From Hyphomicrobiales bacterium (GTDB lineage: Bacteria > Bacteroidota > Bacteroidia > Bacteroidales > JBGRPZ01): DNA of 64,000 nt. Below, piece after piece: positions 48,364 to 57,929 of this stretch. Where the stretch lies: NCBI GenBank assembly GCA_041725915.1, contig JBGRPZ010000001.1, forward strand, positions 2,198-66,197, written 5' to 3'. A model generated the notes under the pieces. That model did not search any database, was not told the origin of the DNA, and worked only from the letters and a program-made list of their open reading frames with translations. Position numbers and translations under genes: made by a program. Within the stretch, counting starts at the first letter, position 1. Every line of letters begins with the position of its first letter.

Positions 48364-49251
48364 CTATTTACCCTTTATCAACTGATACCTTTTCTCAAAG
48401 AACTTTCCATGATAAAGATCAATAAAGTTATGGTGATATACCATTCTGTAGCCTTCATTATAACAATCGTAAAAGAGGATTTCATTCTCAGAGCGAATGA
48501 TAGTCATGACATGATACTTTAAATATCCCTTATATATCTTTATAGATTGATCTTTTTTAGAGTAAACAAGTCTAAAGTCATTGTCTAGATTGACAGTATC
48601 ATTACTGGCCTCATACACAAAGTCACGGGCAAGCCATCTTTCTTTGGTGTACTTATGATCTTGCTCCTCCATTTTAATTTCGTTTATAATGCGGTTTCTC
48701 TTCTTACGAAGAAAGGCAGAATCTGCGAAGACAAATGTATAGTTGGGTCTTTTCCTCCTCTTGGATTCATAAAACTCAATCTCGTTATCTTTTCTTTTTA
48801 TATGATGGGAATACCAAAGTTTATCCTTTCTGGCTTTCTTATGATACAGGGTATCATTTCTATAAATGTAATCCCAAGCTTTCCTGATAGTATTTTTATC
48901 AGGAAGTTCTCTTATAGTATATTCTGCACCATCAAGACCAAAAAGATCAAGCACACGAAAAGAAAGGTTTTCATTCAGGTCATAAAACAAGCCATTCCCC
49001 AAGTCAAAGCCCATAAAGCAATAGGGTACGTCTTTTGTCTCAGTCTCTTCCTCTCCTGTTAACACATTTTCGCTTGTCTCTGTTTCGGTTTGTCTTATAA
49101 TATCAATACGAAGGTTTGATAGATCAATGTCGGGTCTAACATATAATGGTTCAAACTCTATTCTCTTTGTAGTTTGTATTTCTTTAAGTATAAGATTGCT
49201 GCATGACACACAGCATAATGCCAATAGAATAATAGTAAATAAGTGTCTCAT
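48364..49251 (-). CDS. Hypothetical lipoprotein, tandem paralog A
   Basis: 295 aa with signal LLALCCVSCS. Paralog of 47324-48214. Basic, Tyr/Arg/Lys-rich, with no motif I recognise. Confidence 0.7.
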   Translation of the reverse strand: MRHLFTIILLALCCVSCSNLILKEIQTTKRIEFEPLYVRPDIDLSNLRIDIIRQTETETSENVLTGEEETETKDVPYCFMGFDLGNGLFYDLNENLSFRVLDLFGLDGAEYTIRELPDKNTIRKAWDYIYRNDTLYHKKARKDKLWYSHHIKRKDNEIEFYESKRRKRPNYTFVFADSAFLRKKRNRIINEIKMEEQDHKYTKERWLARDFVYEASNDTVNLDNDFRLVYSKKDQSIKIYKGYLKYHVMTIIRSENEILFYDCYNEGYRMVYHHNFIDLYHGKFFEKRYQLIKGK

Positions 49252-49311
49252 ATAGTTTAGCTTTTGTAGTAATTAATCTTCCATGAAAATATTACAACAA
49301 TCAGTCCAAAA

Positions 49312-49962
49312 CTATAGATCCAGATATCCCATCTTTATAGCATATTTTGTTAAGCCTACCATATTCTTAACATTAAGTTTTATCATCAGATTCTTCCTGT
49401 AGCTTTCTATTGTATGTTTACTTAAGAACAAGTTATCAGCAATTTCCTGTGTAGTATATTCCTTGGCGATAAGTGTAACAACATCTATTTCTCTTTGTGT
49501 GAGGTAGGTTTGTTCTACTTCTTTCTGCTCGAAGAGATGTTTGGAATAAACATTCTGAACTTCCTTTGAATAGTACTTTTCTCCTTTCAGAATGGTGAAT
49601 ATAGCATTGAGCAACTCGTACTTCTCTGCATTCTTCAGTATATAACCATCAGCATTATCATTGATTAGCTGCCCTATCCGCTTTGCATCCTGATGCATGC
49701 TAAGGATCAAAGTTTTTATATGACTCTGGTGTTCTTTTATATATCGGTTGACTTCAATACCATCTTTCTCTGGCATTGAGATATCTGTAATAATAAGATC
49801 TATCTTTTCACTCTTATGAGCTTTTATATAGTTAAGTGCCTTTAGGCCGGAATCAGCTTGAAAGATAATATTCAGCTGCTTTTCTTTTTCAAGTATACTA
49901 GTCAGACCATCAAGAAACATCTTGTGATCATCAGCAATTACGATATTATACACTATGCTCAT
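49312..49962 (-). CDS. NarL/LuxR-family two-component response regulator
   Basis: 216 aa. Receiver (IADDH, LIITDISMPEKDG) plus a LuxR HTH (LTQREIDVVTLIAKEYTTQEIADNLFLSKHTIESYRKNL). Confidence 0.9.
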   Translation of the reverse strand: MSIVYNIVIADDHKMFLDGLTSILEKEKQLNIIFQADSGLKALNYIKAHKSEKIDLIITDISMPEKDGIEVNRYIKEHQSHIKTLILSMHQDAKRIGQLINDNADGYILKNAEKYELLNAIFTILKGEKYYSKEVQNVYSKHLFEQKEVEQTYLTQREIDVVTLIAKEYTTQEIADNLFLSKHTIESYRKNLMIKLNVKNMVGLTKYAIKMGYLDL

Positions 49963-51907
49963 ATTGTTCTAAGATTGGTATTTCAATAGTAAAAACAGCC
50001 CCTCGATTGATTGCAGAATCATAGAAAAACTTGCCACTTAGGATAGACACCCTTGAATTGATATTCTTCAGCCCTATACCCGATTTTATTTTCTTCGTAT
50101 CAAAGCCTAAACCATTATCTTCATAAATTAATACCAGCTCAGTGTCAGAAACATTGATCTGAAGGTCTACAATTGAAGCCTGAGCATACTTTATAGTGTT
50201 ATTGGTTAACTCCTGAATAAATCTGTATATTTCAATAAGATAATTCTCCTTTAGACTATTCACTTTCTCCTTTGGATAGACATTAAAGTTCATCTTAATA
50301 TTGCTCACTTGCTGGATAGTAGTAAAATATTCTTCGACTAGTGAAGAGAAGGCTAATTGCTCAAAGCTCTTTGGTGTCAGGTTATGAGAGATATCTCTCA
50401 CCTGCTCGTAAGTTTCATCAATCTGGAAATATAGTTTCTTCAACAGGCTATGATTACTACTAAGGTTTGATAACTGTAGTTTTATTGCGGCAAGATTACC
50501 GCCAACACTATCATGAAGAATCCTTGACACTCTACCTCTTTCAATGTTCTGACCATCGACAGATGCTTTTATCAACTTTAACTTTTGCTCTTGCAATAAA
50601 GAAGATACTTTGCTCTGATTGATTTCTTCCTGTTTTTGTACTAACTGTTTCTGTGCTTTCAGCTTCTGCCAGAAGATAAATATAGTCACCAATACAGCTA
50701 TTGATATAAGGAGAATGCTAATTAACATTATCTGTTGTATTTCTTTATGCCTCTTAAGCTCTAATTCTTTTTGTTCCCTGTTTGCTCTTAAATCCTCAAG
50801 TTCTTTCTCTTTCTTATAGGAGAAGAATTTATATTCAAGTTCTTTTATCTTCTTTTCATTCTGAAGATCACGTATAGAATCAGCAATGACAATTTGTTTA
50901 TCAAGAAAGGAATATGCTTTCTTATAATCCCCCATTGATAGATACATATATCTGATATGATCATAAATTATCTTCAGTTGGTCTAATGAACCAAAGGCTT
51001 TACATTCTACCAAAGCCTTGTTAAGTACTGCCTTGGCTTTTTGATATTGCTTTTGCTCAATATAGATTGACTCTTTTGATATAAGTGCATCAATATAAAG
51101 ATCTACTTTCTCTGAGCTTCTGGCTAATTCTTCAGCCTCATTCAAATAATCTAAAGCCTTATTATATTCCTTCAGATGTTCATGATACTTACCAAGGTTT
51201 ACAAGTATTACAAGCTCACATTGCTCATCATTATAATCTTCACAAAGTGAATAAGCCTTTTCAAAATATTTTATCGCTTCCTTATACTTTCCCTGATCAC
51301 CTTTGATAACCCCAATATTAATAAGACTGCCATATTGAAACTGGATGCTAACTTCACTTTTCGAACATTCTTCAAACAACTTTATCGCCTTATCAAGCTC
51401 AGATTTCTCCATATAAACATACGCCAGACCATGTATATGCTGATAATAATAAGTTTCAATACTAAGTTTCTCAGATAACTCTGCCCCTTTTAAATGCCAC
51501 TTTATAGCCTTATCAAAACAAGATTTATTCTTATTGGCTATGGCCACTGAGTTATATAATAATATCTTCCTCTTCAATGATAATGTATCAGCCTTATCAT
51601 TCAAAATATCTAATGCCTGATGTGCAAAGTATAAAGATGAATCCGGAATATTAATATTCGTATAATACTGTGCTAAAGCCGTTAGCGTCTTCATTATGAT
51701 ATTTACATCCTCTGTATTATGCAATAAAGATTTGAAAACGGCAAAGGCTTCTCTGTGATCTTTAGTGTTGATCTTCCTGAAAGCCTTAGAAAATATAACA
51801 CTCTCGCTTTCTTCTTGTGAACTTGCTTTTTCCGAACATAATGTAAAAGCAACAAAAAACAACAGATACCTATATAAACCTCCCATAAACTCTTGTTTAG
51901 TGAACAT
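49946..51907 (-). CDS. TPR-repeat sensor histidine kinase (HisKA_3 type)
   Basis: 653 aa. Signal peptide, about 330 aa of TPR-like repeats, one TM (IMLISILLISIAVLVTIFIF), H-box ILHDSVGGNLAAIKL and an ATPase domain (EDNGLGF, GIGLKNI). It overlaps the regulator gene by 17 nt. Confidence 0.85.
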   Translation of the reverse strand: MFTKQEFMGGLYRYLLFFVAFTLCSEKASSQEESESVIFSKAFRKINTKDHREAFAVFKSLLHNTEDVNIIMKTLTALAQYYTNINIPDSSLYFAHQALDILNDKADTLSLKRKILLYNSVAIANKNKSCFDKAIKWHLKGAELSEKLSIETYYYQHIHGLAYVYMEKSELDKAIKLFEECSKSEVSIQFQYGSLINIGVIKGDQGKYKEAIKYFEKAYSLCEDYNDEQCELVILVNLGKYHEHLKEYNKALDYLNEAEELARSSEKVDLYIDALISKESIYIEQKQYQKAKAVLNKALVECKAFGSLDQLKIIYDHIRYMYLSMGDYKKAYSFLDKQIVIADSIRDLQNEKKIKELEYKFFSYKKEKELEDLRANREQKELELKRHKEIQQIMLISILLISIAVLVTIFIFWQKLKAQKQLVQKQEEINQSKVSSLLQEQKLKLIKASVDGQNIERGRVSRILHDSVGGNLAAIKLQLSNLSSNHSLLKKLYFQIDETYEQVRDISHNLTPKSFEQLAFSSLVEEYFTTIQQVSNIKMNFNVYPKEKVNSLKENYLIEIYRFIQELTNNTIKYAQASIVDLQINVSDTELVLIYEDNGLGFDTKKIKSGIGLKNINSRVSILSGKFFYDSAINRGAVFTIEIPILEQYEHSV

Positions 51908-52090
51908 ATATAAGGCAAAGGAAAAGATGTTTTTTATGCTTTACAAACCTTAGTTGAAACAATATAAAAAGACCATCAAAAGAATATAGTTCTTATTGTA
52001 CTACAAACTCTATCAAAAGTACCACTTATTCAGGCACGAACATTGTAACTATACTCCCAGATGGCCTTTCTCGACTAAACTAGTGATTCT

Positions 52091-52501
52091 CTATAGATTG
52101 TTTTCTAACAACTCTGCTAAATATTCTGTTCTATCATCGATATTTCCAGAGTTTGTGGTGGTTTCATGATCAAGAATCAGAACCCCATCTTCTAACTTAG
52201 ACCACTGGCTTGCTGACCAAATATCATTTTCATTCTTGATTACAACTTTCTTCAACACTTCTGCCAAGGCTTCTTTTCCCATATCATCCTGACAAATGTT
52301 TTTGTAAGCCTGTATCTGAGGTTCAAAATATACATTAGGTATAGCTTCTGCATACTGATCAACATTCTGATCTTTTGCCAATGTATCCCACTGAACTTCT
52401 ATCTCAACATCAAAACCTAATGTTTCAAGTACTCTACTCTTTAGTGCTTCGTAATTATTCTCCTGAAATTCTTTTATTGCTCTCTTTTCTTTTAATCCCA
52501 T
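52091..52501 (-). CDS. Hypothetical acidic cytoplasmic protein
   Basis: 136 aa with no signal peptide, no TM and no motif I recognise. Confidence 0.5.
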   Translation of the reverse strand: MGLKEKRAIKEFQENNYEALKSRVLETLGFDVEIEVQWDTLAKDQNVDQYAEAIPNVYFEPQIQAYKNICQDDMGKEALAEVLKKVVIKNENDIWSASQWSKLEDGVLILDHETTTNSGNIDDRTEYLAELLENNL

Positions 52502-52650
52502 GTCTCTTTATGTATAAATGATTGATACCAACCATTATGATTAATAACTCATTCTTTATATTGCAAAGATTCCAATATTATATTTAAGCTCTATCACCAG
52601 AAATAGGGTTTTATCATACCCCTGAAAACAGGGGTATGTATCTAACATAA

Positions 52651-52810
52651 TAAAACTCAATAGTGCCCAATTCAAAAACTGGCAAGATTGAGTTGAAAAA
52701 CTCACCCCTGCCAATTCGAAAACTCAATCTAGCCAGTCTAAAAACTCACTCCTGTCAACTTTTCGAACTCACCCTATTCAAGTTAGTAATCTCACTATAA
52801 CGAGTTTTCA
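52651..52810. repeat. Seven phased 22-23-bp degenerate repeats, core AAACTCA; one unit is inverted
   Basis: Core AAACTCA (or a one-off variant) at 52653, 52698, 52720, 52742, 52765 and 52788, all in 22-23-bp phase. The unit at 52676 keeps only AAACT because it is the inverted one. CTGGCAAGATTGAGTT (52679-52694) is the reverse complement, with one mismatch, of AACTCAATCTAGCCAG (52721-52736). Confidence 0.8.
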
Positions 52811-53191
52811 AGTTGACATTATTGATACAAAATCAAAGATGTAAATTATAATAATAAGGATAAGGTATATTATTATGCTTGGCAAGTATCACAAAATGCT
52901 TTATAGATGCTAAGTTTACTTGTTTTGCATATCATATGCAATGAATCCCCCATTTATTTCTATAACTTATGCTTTATCATTTGCATAATAAGCTATGACT
53001 AGAAAACACTGTTAATCACGACATACTGAATTCTATCTAAAGTAATTTTAAAATAATTCTTAATAAAAAAGTTTTTATATTGCATTAGGATTATTAATAA
53101 ATATTATGGGATGAAGTCAATAGCAATACTTTCACTTAGGTTATGAAGAGAAAAATAAGCAAAGAATCTTTGGTTATTTTAATTCTTTGCC

Positions 53192-53218
53192 TGTAACCAA
53201 TCCAACAAACATTCGTCA
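53192..53218 (+). promoter_or_regulatory. ECF-type promoter candidate (TGTAAC-N16-CGTC)
   Basis: AAC at 53195-53197, a 16-nt spacer, CGTC at 53214-53217. It lies about 107 nt upstream of the ECF sigma factor start, consistent with autoregulation. Confidence 0.4.
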
Positions 53219-53324
53219 TAAATAAAAGCTGATTTTTCAATCCGGATAAGAAAATAAGAGCTTTTGGGATAAACCATTTTAACAAATGAAAACCACTCCG
53301 GAATAACATATTATTTATTTTGAG

Positions 53325-53912
53325 ATGGACAAAGAATCAGACAATGACAGTTTCTATATACAACAAGTAATTAATGGAGATACTACAGCATTTACTCATA
53401 TTGTAAATAAATATAAAGATATGGTATTTAGCATTTGTATAAAAGTTACAAAAGATCATGATATAGCAGAAGAAGTTGCTCAAGATACTTTTGTAAAAGC
53501 CTATAATAATATAGAATCATTCCGTAAGGAATCAAAGTTGTCTACATGGCTATATAGAATAGCTTACAATACGTCTATTTCAACAATAAGAAAGAAAAAG
53601 ATAGAGTTTACCCCAATACAAGAGACTATTGTAGAGAATTACTCAATAGAAGAAATTAATACAGATATAGAAGGATGTGACCGTAAGGTTGTAACAAAGA
53701 AAATGATGGATCTCGTGTCTGACTTATCAGATAAAGATAGAGCTTTAATACATTTATTTTATCTTGAGCAGAACTCAGTTGATGATATAAGTGAAATAAC
53801 TCAGATGAGTAAAAGTAATATTAAAGTCAGATTACACAGACTGAGAAAGAAGTTATTCAATGATCTAAGTTGCTTTTTAAAGAAGCAATCGGTATTAACA
53901 CCCTTATTCTAA
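53325..53912 (+). CDS. ECF-subfamily RNA polymerase sigma-70 factor
   Basis: 195 aa. Region 2 (YKDMVFSICIKVTKDHDIAEEVAQDTFVKAY, WLYRIAYN) and region 4 (ISEITQMSKSNIKVRLHRLRKKL). Confidence 0.9.
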   Translation: MDKESDNDSFYIQQVINGDTTAFTHIVNKYKDMVFSICIKVTKDHDIAEEVAQDTFVKAYNNIESFRKESKLSTWLYRIAYNTSISTIRKKKIEFTPIQETIVENYSIEEINTDIEGCDRKVVTKKMMDLVSDLSDKDRALIHLFYLEQNSVDDISEITQMSKSNIKVRLHRLRKKLFNDLSCFLKKQSVLTPLF

Positions 53913-53924
53913 GAATAGATTATT

Positions 53925-54359
53925 ATGACGAAAAAACTAGATGAAGATCAATTATTGGCTCAAATACTTGCAAGCATCCCCTTAGAGAAGGCTCCTGATA
54001 ACTTCTCTGAAAAGGTGATGGAGAAGATCAATGCAGGAGAAGAATCAATATTGTTTGATAACAAAGGTGTTCCTAAATTAAAGTTGTTATTGATATTGAT
54101 CCTTGGAATCATCGTTATTGGGACAACCATTTTCCTTATCGACTTCAAGTTTATCTCTTCTTATTTTGATAAAATTGAGTTTAACTTGATTAGTATAATT
54201 GATTTGGGTAAAAAGACATCCCAATTAGTGACTAATGCCAATGTAATTATCAAATCTAACTCATCAATGATTGCAATATTTTTTGCTATAGGAGGGCTTT
54301 TTGCTGTTGATCGTATTATCAGGATTAGATTCTTTAAGAAGAACACTTTTGTTCTTTAA
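53925..54359 (+). CDS. Putative anti-sigma factor / membrane protein co-transcribed with the ECF sigma
   Basis: 144 aa, starting 12 nt after the sigma gene. Short cytoplasmic N-terminus and two TM segments. The assignment rests on position only. Confidence 0.4.
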   Translation: MTKKLDEDQLLAQILASIPLEKAPDNFSEKVMEKINAGEESILFDNKGVPKLKLLLILILGIIVIGTTIFLIDFKFISSYFDKIEFNLISIIDLGKKTSQLVTNANVIIKSNSSMIAIFFAIGGLFAVDRIIRIRFFKKNTFVL

Positions 54360-54428
54360 AGAATAACCGAATTAAGTCTGACAGGAGTTAATTCGGTTAT
54401 TTTCTATGAACGCCTAAACAAATTCTTA

Positions 54429-54953
54429 TTATAGTTTTGTTTCTTCCAATATCTTTTGTGTCCATTTAAATATACGTTCTTGATTGAGATAGGCTTGTCT
54501 GTCAATATCTAATGCTAACCCACAAAACATATTATCGATTACACTCTCCGACTCATTGAACTCATATCCATCAGTAGACCAATTACCAACAACATTTACT
54601 TTTAGCTCAACAAATCTTTCTTTCAATAAAACCATATCATTTACAAAATGATTAGGGTAAAGAAGTTGGTCTCCTAATCCAAAGATAGCGACATTCTTAC
54701 CCTCAATGCCTTGTTCACTAAGCTTCACAAAGAAAGGATTCCATTTATTATCATTTCTGGCATCTTCCCATCTTTCAGCACCAACAGTTGCACTTCCTGC
54801 GATAATAAGGTCATATTGTTGAATAGTTATAATATCAAAGCTATCAATATCAGATATATCGACTTTATTCGTTCCTATGGCTTGTTGAATCTCACGAGCA
54901 GCAGATTCTACGTTTCCTCCTTTATTCCAGTATAGCACAATAATATTCTTCAT
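54429..54953 (-). CDS. Flavodoxin (long-chain type) with an atypical phosphate-binding loop
   Basis: 174 aa. Flavodoxin-like C-terminal blocks (FGLGDQ..YPNHF, FCGLALDIDRQAYLNQERIFKW). The N-terminal loop reads YWNKGGNVE instead of the usual S/T-x-T-G-x-T. Confidence 0.7.
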   Translation of the reverse strand: MKNIIVLYWNKGGNVESAAREIQQAIGTNKVDISDIDSFDIITIQQYDLIIAGSATVGAERWEDARNDNKWNPFFVKLSEQGIEGKNVAIFGLGDQLLYPNHFVNDMVLLKERFVELKVNVVGNWSTDGYEFNESESVIDNMFCGLALDIDRQAYLNQERIFKWTQKILEETKL

Positions 54954-54970
54954 ATGAGGGAAATTTAAGA

Positions 54971-56017
54971 TTAAGTGTTATGAATATAATTCCTTATAAA
55001 ATACTGACAAGTATCATGCACACTTTGTTCTATTGGAATGAAATTATATCCAATATATTCACTTACCTTTTTATTGGAAAAGCTATTTGTTGAGAAAGCA
55101 GACCTTGCAGTTTCTTTTGTAATTCTTGGAGTTCCTCCAAATATTAGGCTCTTTATCAATAGCAGTCTCCATACTATAGCGGCTTGCCATGGAGCGACTT
55201 TGAAATTTGGGATTTTCACATTAAATTGATGAGCAATAAGGTCAAATATTTTTTTATAACTAATATCTTCAGAGTTGATGATAAACCGGTCGTTCTTTAT
55301 ATCACTTTCCATTAATTGCAATAAGCTTGCAGAAACATCTCTGACATCAATAAACCCTGTGATACCATTTGTATAGAATTTGATACCATCATACACAGTT
55401 TTGAAAATCTGAGAACTGCTATTGTTCCAGTCAGAAGGGCCTAATATAATCGAAGGATTTATGATTATAGCATCCAGACCTTCAGCAATACCTCTCCATA
55501 CTTCTCTTTCTGCGCCAAACTTACTGATACTATATTGAGAGTTGCTTGAACTATTTTTCCACCAACATTCTTCTGTTATTATTCCATCTTCATTGGCTCT
55601 TCCCAGAGAGGCAATAGAGCTTACAAATCCCAGTTTCTTCACATTCTGCTGTAAAGCGACATTTACAATGTTTGCCGTTCCATCTGTATTGACTTTATGA
55701 ATTACAGATTTATCAGAACCCTCAAAGCTAACCATTGCTGCGGCATGGTATACATGGTCAACACCTTTCATTGCTCCTTCTAGAGAAAAGACATCCAGAA
55801 TATCACCATCAATCCATTCCAGAGAGTTAAACAACTCTGTAGAGTCTTCAGAATAATGGGAGAAAATATCCTTTGTATTAGATAAGTTGCTGGTCTTTCT
55901 TTTTAGAGCTCTTACTTTATAACCTTTTCTGATGAGGTCGTATAATAAATGGGAACCAACTAGTCCAGTACCTCCAGTAACTAGTACAGTTTTGTTTTCT
56001 ATAGATTTTGATGACAT
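54971..56017 (-). CDS. NAD-dependent epimerase/dehydratase family (extended SDR) protein
   Basis: 348 aa. VLVTGGTGLVGSHL Rossmann motif and a YSISK catalytic Yxxx K context. Confidence 0.85.
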   Translation of the reverse strand: MSSKSIENKTVLVTGGTGLVGSHLLYDLIRKGYKVRALKRKTSNLSNTKDIFSHYSEDSTELFNSLEWIDGDILDVFSLEGAMKGVDHVYHAAAMVSFEGSDKSVIHKVNTDGTANIVNVALQQNVKKLGFVSSIASLGRANEDGIITEECWWKNSSSNSQYSISKFGAEREVWRGIAEGLDAIIINPSIILGPSDWNNSSSQIFKTVYDGIKFYTNGITGFIDVRDVSASLLQLMESDIKNDRFIINSEDISYKKIFDLIAHQFNVKIPNFKVAPWQAAIVWRLLLIKSLIFGGTPRITKETARSAFSTNSFSNKKVSEYIGYNFIPIEQSVHDTCQYFIRNYIHNT

Positions 56018-56144
56018 AATAATAATTGTACGATAATCATAAATTTAAATAAAACTTATATTTCAATATATAATAGGGTAAATGTTAGGATGAGAAACAA
56101 AATCTCTGTTAAAACTTTATATGATTTTGAAGCTATAACAAATT

Positions 56145-56178
56145 TAAAAAAATAAACCATCCTTAATAAGGATGGTTT
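56145..56178 (-). terminator. Rho-independent terminator after tyrS
   Basis: AAACCATCCTTA/TAAGGATGGTTT hairpin followed on the minus strand by a T-run. Confidence 0.8.
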
Positions 56179-56222
56179 AGTGTGATGTTTAGTTACATCT
56201 CTTATATAAAAGAAAACAGTCT

Positions 56223-57512
56223 TTAAACTATTTTGATCAAATAGTAGTTCTTTTTACCTCTTTGAGCAAGTATATATTTATCATTGAGGAAATCATTTTC
56301 AGTAATCATGTAAGTATCATTTACCTTTTCCTTGTTAATACTCACAGCATTACTTTTCAGCATTCTTCTTGCTTCTCCTTTAGAAGGGAAAACCTGAGTA
56401 TGACCAGCAAGGAATTCAATGATTTGTATACCATCTTTTATTTCTTCTTTTTTCACTTCAAACTGAGGAACGCCTTCAAATACACTTAAAAGCATGCTTT
56501 CAGAAAGTTTTTTCAAAGATTCAGTTGTTGCTTTGCCGAATAAGATTTCAGAAGCCTCTACAGCCATTTCATAATCTTCTTTAGAGTGGGCAACAGTAGT
56601 AATATCCTTTGCTAAAGTCTTTTGAAGTAATCTTTCATGAGGAGCTTCATTATGCTTTTTCACAAGCTCGTCTACTTCCTCTTTAGAGAACATAGTGAAG
56701 ATCTTTATATACTTTTCTGCATCGTTATCAGAAGTATTCAACCAGAATTGGTAGAACTTATATGGAGTAGTCTTCTCTGGATCCAACCAGATATTACCAG
56801 TTTCAGTTTTACCAAACTTGCCACCATCAGCTTTAGTGATAAGAGGACAAGTAAGAGCATAAGCTTCTCCACCTGTTTTTCTTCTGATTAGTTCAGTACC
56901 TGTGGTAATATTACCCCATTGATCAGAACCACCCATTTGAAGTTTACAATTATGTACTCTATTTAGATGAAGGAAGTCATTACCTTGGACAAGTTGATAA
57001 GTAAACTCAGTAAAAGACATACCACTTTTTGATTCCGCTCCCAAACGCTTCTTCACAGAATCCTTGGCCATCATATAATTTACAGTAATATGCTTGCCTA
57101 TATCACGAATAAAATCAAGAAAACTAAATTCTTTCATCCAATCATAATTGTTTACAAGCTTTGCGCTATTTGGAGCACTCTCATCAAAGCTTAGAAACTT
57201 TTCTAATTGTTTTTGTAGGCATCTTTGGTTGTGACGAAGAGTAACTTCATCAAGAAGGTTTCTTTCCTGAGACTTTCCAGATGGATCACCTATCATACCT
57301 GTAGCTCCACCAATCAATGCAATTGGTCTATGGCCTCCAACCTGAAAATGCTTCAACATCATTATTGAAACCAGATGGCCTATATGGAGAGAGTCGGCAG
57401 TAGGGTCAATACCCACATAAGCAGAAGTCATTTCTTTTTTCAATTGTTCTTCTGTTCCTGGCATAATATCATGGATCATGCCTCTCCATTTAAGTTCTTC
57501 TACAAAGTTCAT
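56223..57512 (-). CDS. tyrS: Tyrosine--tRNA ligase
   Basis: 429 aa. HIGH motif (DSLHIGHL), KMSKS-type KFGKT, and a C-terminal S4-like domain. Confidence 0.95.
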   Translation of the reverse strand: MNFVEELKWRGMIHDIMPGTEEQLKKEMTSAYVGIDPTADSLHIGHLVSIMMLKHFQVGGHRPIALIGGATGMIGDPSGKSQERNLLDEVTLRHNQRCLQKQLEKFLSFDESAPNSAKLVNNYDWMKEFSFLDFIRDIGKHITVNYMMAKDSVKKRLGAESKSGMSFTEFTYQLVQGNDFLHLNRVHNCKLQMGGSDQWGNITTGTELIRRKTGGEAYALTCPLITKADGGKFGKTETGNIWLDPEKTTPYKFYQFWLNTSDNDAEKYIKIFTMFSKEEVDELVKKHNEAPHERLLQKTLAKDITTVAHSKEDYEMAVEASEILFGKATTESLKKLSESMLLSVFEGVPQFEVKKEEIKDGIQIIEFLAGHTQVFPSKGEARRMLKSNAVSINKEKVNDTYMITENDFLNDKYILAQRGKKNYYLIKIV

Positions 57513-57895
57513 ATCTTATAATATTTGAAATCAAAGTAATGGTCAAGCTCTTCTCTCTTATGAAACTTGATAATATATGATGATAAACGGCACAAAGATA
57601 ACAAACTGAGACAATCGGTTATATATTATGATTATCTAATCAAGATTTGCTGAATAAGATCAGCAAACCTTACACTAACCATCCCTCTATATCATTGTAT
57701 GTTTTATGGAAAAGATAAAGATCAGGCTAAATATTTGATAATAATCAAAATTGCCTTACCTTTGAAACTATTATAACAATGGCTTATTATTTTACAATAT
57801 TATGCAATCAGCCTCTTTTAAATCTTAATGTTTTTATCTCGTCGTTTTATTTGTTTTCAAAAGGCTGGTTGTTGATAAGTGATATAAATGCTAGA

Positions 57896-57926
57896 AAAGT
57901 GCACAATTAAGAAAAAGTTGTGCACT
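57896..57926 (-). terminator. Probable terminator after the nitroreductase-family gene
   Basis: GTGCACAA/TTGTGCAC 8-bp stem with an 11-nt loop, followed on the minus strand by TTTT. Confidence 0.5.
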
Positions 57927-57929
57927 TTG

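Noticed and set aside
57513-57929. T-box or other leader upstream of tyrS
   Set aside because: There is no T-box consensus and no specifier-loop architecture, and T-boxes are not expected in Bacteroidota. I saw only a small isolated hairpin (TTTGCTGA/TCAGCAAA near 57648-57669).
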